NCBI GenBank assembly: GCA_021513715.1
Contig: CP084167.1
Coordinates: forward strand, 512,001-576,000
Reading direction: 5' to 3'
Origin: Candidatus Heimdallarchaeum endolithica
GTDB taxonomy: Archaea > Asgardarchaeota > Heimdallarchaeia > Heimdallarchaeales > Heimdallarchaeaceae
Length of the DNA stretch: 64,000 bases
The stretch's first letter is position 1; each line of letters opens with the position of its first letter. The notes under the pieces were generated by a model that was not told the DNA's origin, ran no database searches, and was given only the letters and a program-made list of their open reading frames with translations. Both the position numbers and the translations under genes were made by a program. This document shows, piece by piece, positions 49,401-58,300 of the stretch.

Positions 49401-50643
49401 CCACATCTGTAATTATAGGTTCTTCCTGAATATTTAGCCCTAAAGAACTACTATAATCATTTAGTATCTCTCCGGTAAAAGAAAAACTTTTTTGTTCTCC
49501 GAGTGTTGATAAAGAGATTATTTCATACTCTCTATCCCAATTAATATCAACAATTATTGGACCTAACCACTCGGAATTAGTTGAATCAGTAAGCCAAGAA
49601 TGAATAGTAGTACCATTATTTGATAAAAGATAAAGATTTCTTCCTGCAGGGCAAACAATGTCTATTTTACTGTCTTTGTTGATATCTGCAACAGCAAGAG
49701 GATGAGTAATAGGATCAGTTAAATCTTTGGGAAAATTTGAGATAATGTCTCCATTTCCTTTCCACGCGTAAACTTTTCCATCGGTACTACCTACAATAAC
49801 TTCATTGGAACCATCATTGTCTACATCAGCTAAAACTGGTGCTACTATTACTTCTCCTCCTGTTGTTTTAGGCCAACCAGCTAAAAGATTTCCACTTCCA
49901 TCAAATGCATAAACTTTTGAACTGTTAGATCCAACCACTATCTCATTTTTATTGTCTCCATTAATATCTCCGACTGCTAATGTTTCTTCTACTGGCCCCT
50001 CACAATTGACTGGCCAACCTGGTATAATAGAACCATTACCGTAAAATGCGTAAACCGACCCATTAGCTGCCCCTATAATTATTTCTTCAGTTGCACTATT
50101 TCCATCTATATTAGCTAACATTGGTATGGATGTTAAGGCAACACCTATGCTTTTTCCACCTACCCAATTTGAAGATTCTGTACCATCTGTCTCGTAAACT
50201 CTTATTATACCATTTAATGTTCCCACGACAATTTCATAATTTCCATCTCCGTCTATATCTCCTGTTCCAGGCCCTCCTTTTAACTGTCCCCCTACATATA
50301 TTGGCCAACTACCAAAAGAATTAAGAGATTGAGAGATTTTTTTACCTGAAAAATTGTTATCTAAAAGTTCAGAACGGGAAGAAGTTGTTTTGATCTCTAT
50401 GTCGTTGTTCGCTTCTTCAACTCTTTGTAAATCTGTGTGATAATCATTATTTTGACTTACATTATTTTGACTTACATTATTTTGACTTACATTATTTTGT
50501 TGTGAATCTAAAATGATATTATTAAAATCTTTCATCACTAGAGAATTTGTAGTCATTGAACTTGTAATTATAATTAGTAATGCTACTACCATTCCTAAAT
50601 ATTTTGATTTCCCTCTAAAACTTTTTTTCATTCGTTTCATCAT
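46498..50643 (-). CDS. large surface protein: FG-GAP/VCBS propeller repeats + DxDxDG stalk + TM + cytoplasmic winged-helix-like tail
   Basis: Signal peptide; repeats GWPKTTSG.V.SLAVADVD.DSSLEI; DTDSDGLTDGEE repeats; TM; GFKTKSE repeats; VTLQRISELSGLSKSVVEEYL...GEY; terminal EIDRLLSQYRDWE. Confidence 0.88.
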   Translation of the reverse strand: MMKRMKKSFRGKSKYLGMVVALLIIITSSMTTNSLVMKDFNNIILDSQQNNVSQNNVSQNNVSQNNDYHTDLQRVEEANNDIEIKTTSSRSELLDNNFSGKKISQSLNSFGSWPIYVGGQLKGGPGTGDIDGDGNYEIVVGTLNGIIRVYETDGTESSNWVGGKSIGVALTSIPMLANIDGNSATEEIIIGAANGSVYAFYGNGSIIPGWPVNCEGPVEETLAVGDINGDNKNEIVVGSNSSKVYAFDGSGNLLAGWPKTTGGEVIVAPVLADVDNDGSNEVIVGSTDGKVYAWKGNGDIISNFPKDLTDPITHPLAVADINKDSKIDIVCPAGRNLYLLSNNGTTIHSWLTDSTNSEWLGPIIVDINWDREYEIISLSTLGEQKSFSFTGEILNDYSSSLGLNIQEEPIITDVDSDYDWELLYCSSSNVYAKHFYSSSTNEQLLSGYLHTNGIITIQGQYLYYIDYSGYILAAQISSTNVFNWVSINYDTTNTRYNFFINYYSILSSWPKTTSDYVYSLAVADVDDDSSLEILAGYGDYNDGGVTIWNSDGTVVPGWPKTTSGSVRSLAVADVDDDSSLEILTGYNSEVVIWNSDGTVVPGWPKTTSGSVYSLAVADIDNDSSLEVIAGYEGGVTIWNSNGAVILGWPKTTSGYTYSLAVADVDGDSSLEIIAGDDSRVTIWNSDGTVIPDWPKTANGSVYSLAVADIDNDSSLEVIAGYFDGETLNGGVTIWNSDGTVVPGWPKTTSGSVYSLAVADIDNDSSLEVIAGYEGGVTIWNSNGAVIPDWPKTALGSVSSLAVADVDGDSSLEVIAGYGGGGTIWNIDGTVIPGWPKKTISDVSFSSLAVADIDNDSELEIIAVYNNGVSVWNSFGLGYAPLYTDSVTNQRTGTYLDTDSDGLFDHEEEILGTDMSKVDTDSDGLDDFNEVVNYKTDPTTSDTDSDGLTDGEEVNTYGTDPLVSDTDSDGLTDGEEVNTYGTVPLVSDTDEDGMPDGYEVHSGLDPLTDDSNSDLDGDGLTNLEEFNVGTFANNTDTDGDLMDDLWEVQTGTNAIVNDNNSDFDNDNLSNFEEYTLGTFANNSDTDEDGMPDGYEVHSGLDPLTDDSNSDLDGDGLTNLEEFNVGTFANSTDTDEDGLTDYEEIKEYFTNPTSSDSDSDGLTDYEEVKIYGTDPNNSDTDGDGDKDGKEIENGLNPLNPKSNLENKLKVKRMITIISIVTGAVIVTGAVAFLTFIGIRLYLRKRASSFGFSSIKEMFTAMKLGFKTKSEWEEISAQGYKTKSEYMKALKREEEYKTLINLLNQFKPNISVTLQRISELSGLSKSVVEEYLKDILQANPDIGEYYELEQSFVRKETIDIDNEIDRLLSQYRDWEIIGEGKKKE
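47260..47830. repeat. near-identical intragenic DNA duplications in the DxDxDG stalk (about 140-bp block repeated at 288-bp spacing; 66-bp tandem pair)
   Basis: TTAGCAAACGTACCAAC...GTCAGTGTCTGA occurs at about 47260 and about 47548. CAGTACCATAAGTGTTAACCTC...GTCAGTGTCAGAA occurs twice at about 47700-47830. Confidence 0.8.
48060..49120. repeat. about 8 tandem 120-140-bp FG-GAP-coding repeats with high nucleotide identity
   Basis: Recurrent ATCAGCAACAGCTAAAGAATAAACAGAACCACTTGTTGTTTTTGGCCAACCAGG. Confidence 0.85.
50445..50499. repeat. 15-bp perfect tandem repeat x3.7 encoding (NNVSQ)n
   Basis: CATTATTTTGACTTA repeated, just after the signal peptide. Confidence 0.9.
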
Positions 50644-50894
50644 TTATTTGAATTACCTATATTTAATAAATTTTTTTTTAATAATAATTCTCTAAGAACA
50701 CGTTTAAATTTTTAAAAAATTTCACTTCGCTACTTCTCACAAGTCTGTTTCAATTTATCATATCTATATATATAATAGACACTTTTTTAGGAAATTTATG
50801 ATGGGAATGCAAATAATTACGTATTAGTTATTCAAATGTTTCTATTTTCAATTTTATCCGATATCTTTAAATTTTAAAATACTTTTTTGCAAAT

Positions 50895-52019
50895 ATGATT
50901 TCTTACTATTCCATAGGCTTATTCTTATTTGAGCAACTTACTTTTATTACTAGTAGCATTATTCTATTTAGAACTTACAAGCAGACTCGTTTTCTTTCTC
51001 ACTTCCTTTTGGGTACTAGCTATCTTTTGTGGATTTTCAATTCTATAGGAAGATTTATTACTTCTTTTTTCAGTGAAAATGTAATAATCTTTAACAATAC
51101 TCGACTTATTTCACTTATTTGGATCATTGTTAATTGTTTATTAATTCTTGGAATGATTTTCGTTTTTTATTCTTTTATTTATTTCAAGACTAACAGATTA
51201 CATCCTATAATAAACATAGTTAGTTTTTTAGGAGGAGCATTATTTCTTGCATTTATAATACCTGATTTCACTGAAATAGCTTACTCTGAACAACTTGGAG
51301 CTTGGTCAGCGAAATATAATATTTGGATATCTGTTCTAGTTGTTCCGATGCTTCTATTCTTCATTTTTTCTTTTATTCTTCCCATTTATACAAAACTTAT
51401 TAGAACTACAGACAAAGATATTCGTAAGCAACTGTTTGTTCAGATAGTCGGGCTTATTATTGTAATTGTCTGGGCATTTTTCGCTGGTTTTACTAACAAT
51501 GCTGTACTTCGAGCTGTTCGTCCTTTCCTTATGGCAGCAGGTTGGTTTATCTGGTCTTTAACTTTGATTATGGATCCTTTCAATATAATGATTTCTAATG
51601 CCAAAATTAGTCAATTATTAATTACAACAACTAGCGGTTTACCTATCTATTATGACGACTTTACTTTTGATGAAAAAGAAGTAAAAAATGAGATTTCTGC
51701 AGATCTAGCTTCAGGTTTAATTTCAGGAGTTACCCAAGCTTTAGAGCAAATAATGGAAAGAAAATCGGAATTAAACACTGTTGTGTATAAAGACAAAGTT
51801 ATAGGTACTACTACAATAGGTTATCTTCAAGCGTATATTTTTGGAGAAAGATTTGATAAGGCTTTAAAAACGGTATTAAATGTTCTTCTAAGAGAAATAC
51901 AAGATAATCCAGCTCTTGCTTTAAAAATAACTCCTAACTTTGTAGATCTAGATGGGGCTTCAGGAAAAATCTTGAAACTTATAATTGAAAGAAATCTAAA
52001 ACGAATATTAGTTATTTAG
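50895..52019 (+). CDS. 7-TM membrane protein fused to C-terminal longin-like domain
   Basis: Seven TM helices, then LLITTTSGLPIYY..F...DLASGLISGVTQALEQI (longin/roadblock-like pattern typical of Asgard proteins). Confidence 0.68.
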   Translation: MISYYSIGLFLFEQLTFITSSIILFRTYKQTRFLSHFLLGTSYLLWIFNSIGRFITSFFSENVIIFNNTRLISLIWIIVNCLLILGMIFVFYSFIYFKTNRLHPIINIVSFLGGALFLAFIIPDFTEIAYSEQLGAWSAKYNIWISVLVVPMLLFFIFSFILPIYTKLIRTTDKDIRKQLFVQIVGLIIVIVWAFFAGFTNNAVLRAVRPFLMAAGWFIWSLTLIMDPFNIMISNAKISQLLITTTSGLPIYYDDFTFDEKEVKNEISADLASGLISGVTQALEQIMERKSELNTVVYKDKVIGTTTIGYLQAYIFGERFDKALKTVLNVLLREIQDNPALALKITPNFVDLDGASGKILKLIIERNLKRILVI

Positions 52020-52166
52020 TTTATTTGCCATTTTTTTCTCCCTTTTTTGCTCATAACTCTACTTTTTTTGGTAAATGATTTAGTTTTGTTGGTGTAATTT
52101 AAAATAGATATAAAACAATTGATTAATGTGAAATAAACTTTTAAATAACCAATTTTAGGATTAAAT

Positions 52167-52895
52167 ATGATTGCACCAACTATTGATTCGTTATTGTCTG
52201 CAGCTTTAGGATATTTTTTTGGTTCAATACCTTTATCCTTTATAATTGTCAAAGTTTTTCTTGATGGATTAGATATCCGTACGGTTGGATCAAAAAATGT
52301 CGGTGGAAGAAATGTTATTAGATCTTTCAAGTATAAAGGAAAATCGAATAATGTTGCTTATACTATGGGGTTAATTGTAGCTATCTTTGATATATTAAAA
52401 GGATACTTTGCTATGTGGTTATCACAATACCTATCTTACAATTTTGGAAATAAAGATCCCTGGAGTATTTGTTTTGCAGGTATTTTTGCTATTCTTGGAC
52501 ATAATTGGCCAATATGGTTATTAAGTCATGGCGGAAGAGGAGTAGCAACAACTCTTGGTAACTTAATGTTTTTCAATCCTATTTTCTTTTTAATATGGCT
52601 AGCAACGTTTTTCTTACTCAGTTTTCCTCTGATGTATTCAGCTATTGTTTACATTACTAGTTTTATAGTTATGGGAGTTATTCTATACTTCTGGCCCTGG
52701 TATGTAAGTCCGATGGTAGCAGAACTGAAAAACGACCCAAATCTTGGTTTTATTTCAATGATAATGCTTTTTGGTATAACTCTTGTTGTTCTTTCTCGTC
52801 AAAAATCTAATTTCATGAAAATTAAGAATGGCGAAGCAAAAAGAATGAAACTGTGGAAGATATTCCAAGGAAAGGCAGATGAAGCCCTGAAATAA
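52167..52895 (+). CDS. plsY: PlsY-family glycerol-3-phosphate acyltransferase-like protein
   Basis: GYFFGSIP, DIR..GSKNVGGRNV.R, DILKG, GHNWPIW...GGRGVAT; motif 3 reads RQKSN, with Gln in place of His. Confidence 0.85.
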   Translation: MIAPTIDSLLSAALGYFFGSIPLSFIIVKVFLDGLDIRTVGSKNVGGRNVIRSFKYKGKSNNVAYTMGLIVAIFDILKGYFAMWLSQYLSYNFGNKDPWSICFAGIFAILGHNWPIWLLSHGGRGVATTLGNLMFFNPIFFLIWLATFFLLSFPLMYSAIVYITSFIVMGVILYFWPWYVSPMVAELKNDPNLGFISMIMLFGITLVVLSRQKSNFMKIKNGEAKRMKLWKIFQGKADEALK

Positions 52896-52935
52896 ATTCA
52901 TTTTTTCTTTTTCTATCTTTTTAACAATTTTTTTA

Positions 52936-53679
52936 TTATATTTGTATTAATTCTGAAGATTCTATTTCCAGCGAAAGAGTCTCTTTTTCATTTTGTATTC
53001 TTAAAAGTCCATTATCCTCAATTCCTTCTACTGTATAGTCTTGATTTTTGTAGATAATATTATTTTTGCATAATATATCGTAAGAATTAAATTCTTTTAA
53101 GATTTCTTCAAAATTATTTCTTAAAACTTTGTTAATATAGTTTTTAATTTGCTTATACAATTCTTTTGTTAATTTCTCATTATCTGCTTTTATTTTCAAG
53201 GATTCATTTATTGAAATAGCTATAGAATTGACTGGAGAGTCTAAAGAAAGAACTTTGTTATTTGTATTTATTCCTATTCCAACGAGTAGAAAATTACAAT
53301 TTGTATCTTTCACTGTATCAATTAAAATTCCGCCTAACTTTCTTTTTTCTAGAATTATATCATTTGGCCATTTAATTTTAACAGGTATAGACAGAATTGT
53401 TTCTATTGCTTTTCTTACTCCTAAAGCAATAGAATAATGAAGAAAAGCATATTGCTTTTGATTTATTTCTTCTTTTTTACAAAAAACAAACGTTCCCCAC
53501 CAACCTCCTTTTGGAGAAAACCATTTATTCTGTTTTCTTCCAATACTTGCAGATTGTTCCTCTGCTATTATTAACAAATCTTCATTTTTTGCTAATTCTA
53601 AATAAGACAAAGCTACATTTTGAGTGGAAGGAACAGATTGAAAATGAATGATTTTCAAGGAAAAGGATTCTTGAACCAT
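52936..53679 (-). CDS. birA: biotin--protein ligase (no N-terminal HTH)
   Basis: V.STQ, AEEQ...GR...WFSPKGG, IKWPNDI, KLGGIL, VGIGIN, GI...G.L. Confidence 0.92.
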   Translation of the reverse strand: MVQESFSLKIIHFQSVPSTQNVALSYLELAKNEDLLIIAEEQSASIGRKQNKWFSPKGGWWGTFVFCKKEEINQKQYAFLHYSIALGVRKAIETILSIPVKIKWPNDIILEKRKLGGILIDTVKDTNCNFLLVGIGINTNNKVLSLDSPVNSIAISINESLKIKADNEKLTKELYKQIKNYINKVLRNNFEEILKEFNSYDILCKNNIIYKNQDYTVEGIEDNGLLRIQNEKETLSLEIESSELIQI

Positions 53680-53792
53680 TATTTTCGTCGAAAAACACTT
53701 TTATTTAAACTTTTTTTTGTTTTATCAAGATAAAATTATTTAATCATAAAAACAAATTGGGTTTTTAAAAGACCTTTTTTTCTTTAAACTTA

Positions 53793-55367
53793 ATGGCTCG
53801 TATTACTCATATTGGACATGATAAAGGAAATTTGGAAGAAAAAAGACAAACAATACTTTCACTAAGAGAAATTTCGCTAAAAGGTGGTGGAGAAGAAAAA
53901 ATAGCTAGTCAACACAAAAAAGGAAAGCTTACAGCAAGGGAGAGAATAGAGTTATTAGTTGACGAAAATTCTTTTTGCGAAATAGATCAAATAAGAAAAT
54001 CTCAGCATTCTGAATTAGAAATGGAGAAAATAGAAGGAGACGGGGTAGTAACAGGTTATGCAACTATTAATGGTAGACGAGTCTTTATTTATAGTCAAGA
54101 TTTTACAGTTTTGGGAGGAAGTTTAGGAAAAACTCATGCAAAAAAAATATGTAAAGTTATGGATCATGCTCTACAGAGTGGGTGTCCTATAATAGGCATA
54201 CTTGACTCAGGAGGAGCAAGAATTCAAGAAGGAATAGATTCTCTAGCAGGATATGGCGAAATTTTTTATAGGAATGTAATGAGCTCAGGAGTAGTTCCCC
54301 AAGTTTCAATTATTTTAGGTCCCTGTGCTGGAGGAGCTGTCTATTCTCCTGCACTAACTGATTTTATTATTATGAATCAAATTAATTCATTTATGTTTGT
54401 TACTGGTCCTCAAGTTGTTAAGACAGTTACAGGGGAAGATGTTTCATTCTATGATTTAGGTGGAAGTGAGGTACATGGTTCTCTTAGTGGAGTTAGTCAT
54501 TTAGTAGGAGAAGATGAAGAGGAAACAATAAATTTAGCTAAAAAACTTTTATCTTACCTCCCATCGAACAATTTAGATGACCCTCCACAAGAAATAGATG
54601 ATATAGAAGAAAATGGTCAAGATATTCTTTCTGATATTATTCCAGAGCAGGAAAACGAGCCTTATGATATGAAAAAAGTAGTTGAAACAGTTTTAGACCA
54701 AGACAGTTTCTTTGAATTACAAGAAAGTTGGGCAAAAAATATTATTGTTGGCTTTGGGAGGTTAGATGGTTTAACTGTTGGTATTATTGCAAACCAACCT
54801 TTATTCCTTGGAGGTGCTATAGAATATAATGCTGCAGATAAAGCAGCTAGATTTATTCGTTTTTGTGATTCATTTAACATCCCCATAATTACTTTCGTTG
54901 ATGTACCTGGATTTATGCCAGGGGTAAAACAAGAGCATGAAGGAATAATTCGTCATGGAGCTAAAATGCTTTTTGCTTATTCAGAAGCTACTGTCCCAAA
55001 ACTTGCAGTAATAACAAGAAAAGCTTATGGAGGAGCTTATATTGTTATGAGCTCAAAGCATTTAGGAGCTGATATTAATTTTGCTTGGCCTACAGCAGAA
55101 ATAGCTGTCATGGGGGCAGAGGGAGCTTGTAATATTATTTATAGAAAAGAACTGAAAAAAGCTGAAAATCCAGAACAAGCTTTGCAAGATTTTGTTGCAA
55201 AATACAAAAAACAATTCAGCAATCCTATTCGAGCAGCTGAAAAAGGATATATTGACAAAGTTATTTTGCCTGAAGAAACAAGGATTGAACTTTCTAATGC
55301 CTTGAAATTTTTACAAAATAAAAGAATAGATATCCCGAAAAGAAAACACGGGAATATTCCACTTTAA
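53793..55367 (+). CDS. pccB: acyl-CoA carboxylase carboxyltransferase subunit (PccB/MmdA family)
   Basis: GKLTARERI, GDGVVTG, QDFTVLGGSLG, DSGGARIQEG, GPCAGGAVY, DVPGFMPG, RKAYGGAY, KHGNIPL. Substrate specificity not determinable. Confidence 0.9.
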   Translation: MARITHIGHDKGNLEEKRQTILSLREISLKGGGEEKIASQHKKGKLTARERIELLVDENSFCEIDQIRKSQHSELEMEKIEGDGVVTGYATINGRRVFIYSQDFTVLGGSLGKTHAKKICKVMDHALQSGCPIIGILDSGGARIQEGIDSLAGYGEIFYRNVMSSGVVPQVSIILGPCAGGAVYSPALTDFIIMNQINSFMFVTGPQVVKTVTGEDVSFYDLGGSEVHGSLSGVSHLVGEDEEETINLAKKLLSYLPSNNLDDPPQEIDDIEENGQDILSDIIPEQENEPYDMKKVVETVLDQDSFFELQESWAKNIIVGFGRLDGLTVGIIANQPLFLGGAIEYNAADKAARFIRFCDSFNIPIITFVDVPGFMPGVKQEHEGIIRHGAKMLFAYSEATVPKLAVITRKAYGGAYIVMSSKHLGADINFAWPTAEIAVMGAEGACNIIYRKELKKAENPEQALQDFVAKYKKQFSNPIRAAEKGYIDKVILPEETRIELSNALKFLQNKRIDIPKRKHGNIPL

Positions 55368-55374
55368 AATTATT

Positions 55375-55382
55375 AAGAGGAG
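55375..55382 (+). promoter_or_regulatory. ribosome-binding site of the megasynthase gene
   Basis: AAGAGGAG 6 nt before ATG 55389, in the 21-bp gap after the carboxyltransferase gene. Confidence 0.6.
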
Positions 55383-55388
55383 AATTTT

Positions 55389-58300
55389 ATGAAAACTCAA
55401 AAAGAACTAAAAAATGAACTACAAATTAAATATCCAATTTTCGGATATAATCCTATTGGACTTACTGATCCCACGTTTGCTATTGAAATCTCCAGACTTG
55501 GAGGAGTGGGATTATTTAACACTATTGGACTTGAACAAGAAGAACTAACTAAGATTCTTGATCAATGCGAACTTAATCTGCCCACACAACTATGGGGCGT
55601 AAGGATTAACGATCTTTCTCACATTAAATGGATAAATCATGAACGAAGTATTCCAATCGTCATCCTACCGGAGAAACCTACAAGATTACAACTGGATAAA
55701 CTGCGTAAAATAAGTAAATTTATTGTCTCTGAAGTTTTATTTGTTGAAGAAGCAAAAAGTCATCTTGAATGGTCAGATTTCTTTTTAGTTAAAGGTATTG
55801 AAGCAGGAGGAAAAGTAGGTACAAAAGCTTCTTTTATTCAGATTCAAGAGTTTTATGAAACTGGATGGCCTTTTATCATTCAAGGAGGAATTGGAGCTTT
55901 TAATATTAGTTCTGCTCTAATAGGAGGAGCAATAGGAGTAGTTTTTGAGGGACAATTATACCAATTTCCTGAATGTCCTCTTTCTGAAGAAGTGAAAAAA
56001 TATCTTGCTTCTTTAGGTGAAAATGATTCTTTTATTATCAATGAAAGTGGTAAAGAAGGTTATAGAATTTCTGGAAAATTAGCAAATAAGGCTATTAGAG
56101 AGATAAAGCAATTAGAAGAAGAATCAAGTGAGGAAAAAATACTTGATAGGATCACTGAATTTGAAAAACCACATGAACAATTTGGTTTTAAGAGTCAAAA
56201 CATAAAACACGCATTTTTACCACTAGGTAATGATGTTTTCTTCTCCACATTCTTCAAAAAAAGATTTGGAAATTTAGCAAATTTTGTGAAACAAGCTCTT
56301 AAGATAGCTGATGAACAAATAGAAATTGCTCTAAAAAATTGGCCTTTTGCAAAAGGATCTCCTTTATCCAATTTTCTTGGGACAAAATATCCTATTATCC
56401 AGGGGCCTATGGCTAATGTTTCTGATAATGTAGATTTTGCTGTTAATGTAGCGAAAAGTGGAGCTCTACCTTTCTTAGCTTTAGGTGGACTACTAAAAGA
56501 AGAAACAGAGGAGCTGTTTGATAAAGTTAGAAAAAGTGAACTTTTGAAATATTCCTACGGCTGTGGAATTATAGGTTTAGAAGCAGTTAAACAAAGGAGA
56601 GAAGAGCATCTATCTTTAATGAGAGAACTTAAACCCCCTTTTGCTTTAATTGCTGCAGGAACAGTTAATTTAGCAAAACAAGTACAAGAGATGGGTTTTA
56701 AGACTTTATTACATACTCCTGCTCTATCAATGTTCAAAGATTCTATCAAAAATGGGATAGATCTACAGATTTTAGAAGGGAGTGAATGTGGAGGTCACAT
56801 TGGTCTCCTTTCATCCTTTATTTTATGGGAAAGCATATTGGAATTTTTAGATGAAAATAGAGAACAGATAGAAAAACCTTTGAAAATAGTTTTTGCAGGT
56901 GGGATATCTGATGGAACTAGTTCTGCGATGTTAGCAACCATGATCGCTAAACATCTAGATATAATAGAACCAGCAATACAAATGGGTACATCCTATTTAT
57001 TTACAGAAGAAATTTTAGAAACAAAAGCTTTAACTGGATTTTATCAAGAGCTTCTTCTTAATGCAAATTACACCAGAATAATAGGTTCAACAGTAAATAC
57101 TCGGGCACGAGCTGCACCTTCTCCTTTTGTAGATCAAACAATTAAAAGAGAAAGAGAGAGAATTAGACAAAAAATACCAATAAAGGAAAGGAAAGAACTT
57201 TATGAGAAAGATAATCTAGGTGCTTTAAGAATAGCAGCTAAAGCTGAAAAATGGAATAACAATCATATTCCTGGTACAGGAACTACCCAATTTATAAAAA
57301 TCGATGAAAAGGAACAAAAAAACTTTGGATGTTTTATGGCAGGAGAAGTAATAGCTAAAAAACGAAGTATATACAAGATAGAAGATTTACATTATGATAT
57401 TTCAATAATTGGAAAGGAAATTCTAGAAAAACAGTCAACTTCTATTGCTGAATATTTAGTTCCAAATGAAAAACTGGAAGTTTATTCTAAGGAACAAAGT
57501 CCTCTTGTTATAGATAGTAGTAATAAAATTGCTATTGTAGGAATAGGCAGTTTCTTTCCTGATGCTCCAAACACTGAAAAGTTCTGGGAAAATATTATTA
57601 ACAAACATTATTCTATAACAGAAGTTCCCATTGAAAGATGGGATCCTAAATATTATTATGATGAAGATCGAACAGCTCCAGATAAAACTTATACTAAAAT
57701 AGGAGCGTTTGTAAAAGAATTCAAATTTAAACCAATTCAATTCAAGATTCCTCCTAAAGTAGCTGAAAAGATGGATGAAGTACAGAAATGGTCATTAGTT
57801 GCTGCAAAAGAAGCTTTAGAAGATGCTGGTATTCCAACAGATGGAAAGAAGCGTCTACCTATAGGAGTAATTGTAGGAAATGCTTTAGGTGGAGAGAATC
57901 AGAGATTAACTAACAGAAGGTTACACTATCCTGAAATTGAAGAACAACTAAGAGTTTTGTTAAGTTCGAAATTATCTGATGAAGAAGTAGAAAAACTTGT
58001 TTCTTCTTTTAGAAAAGAATATCTCAGTAAATACGCAGAAATCACAGAGGATACTATGCCTGGAGAATTGTCTAATATAGTTGCAGGAAGAATAGCAAAT
58101 ATTTTCAATTTATCTGGTAAATCAATGACTACAGATGCTGCTTGCGCATCTTCTCTAGCTGCTCTAGATATAGCTGTAAAAAGTTTGTTGAACAATGATT
58201 TTGAAACAATTCTTGTGGGTGGAGCAGATAGATCAATGGATGTTTCTTCTTATGTTAAATTTAGTAAGATCGGTGCTCTTTCTGCAACTGGTTCTCGACC

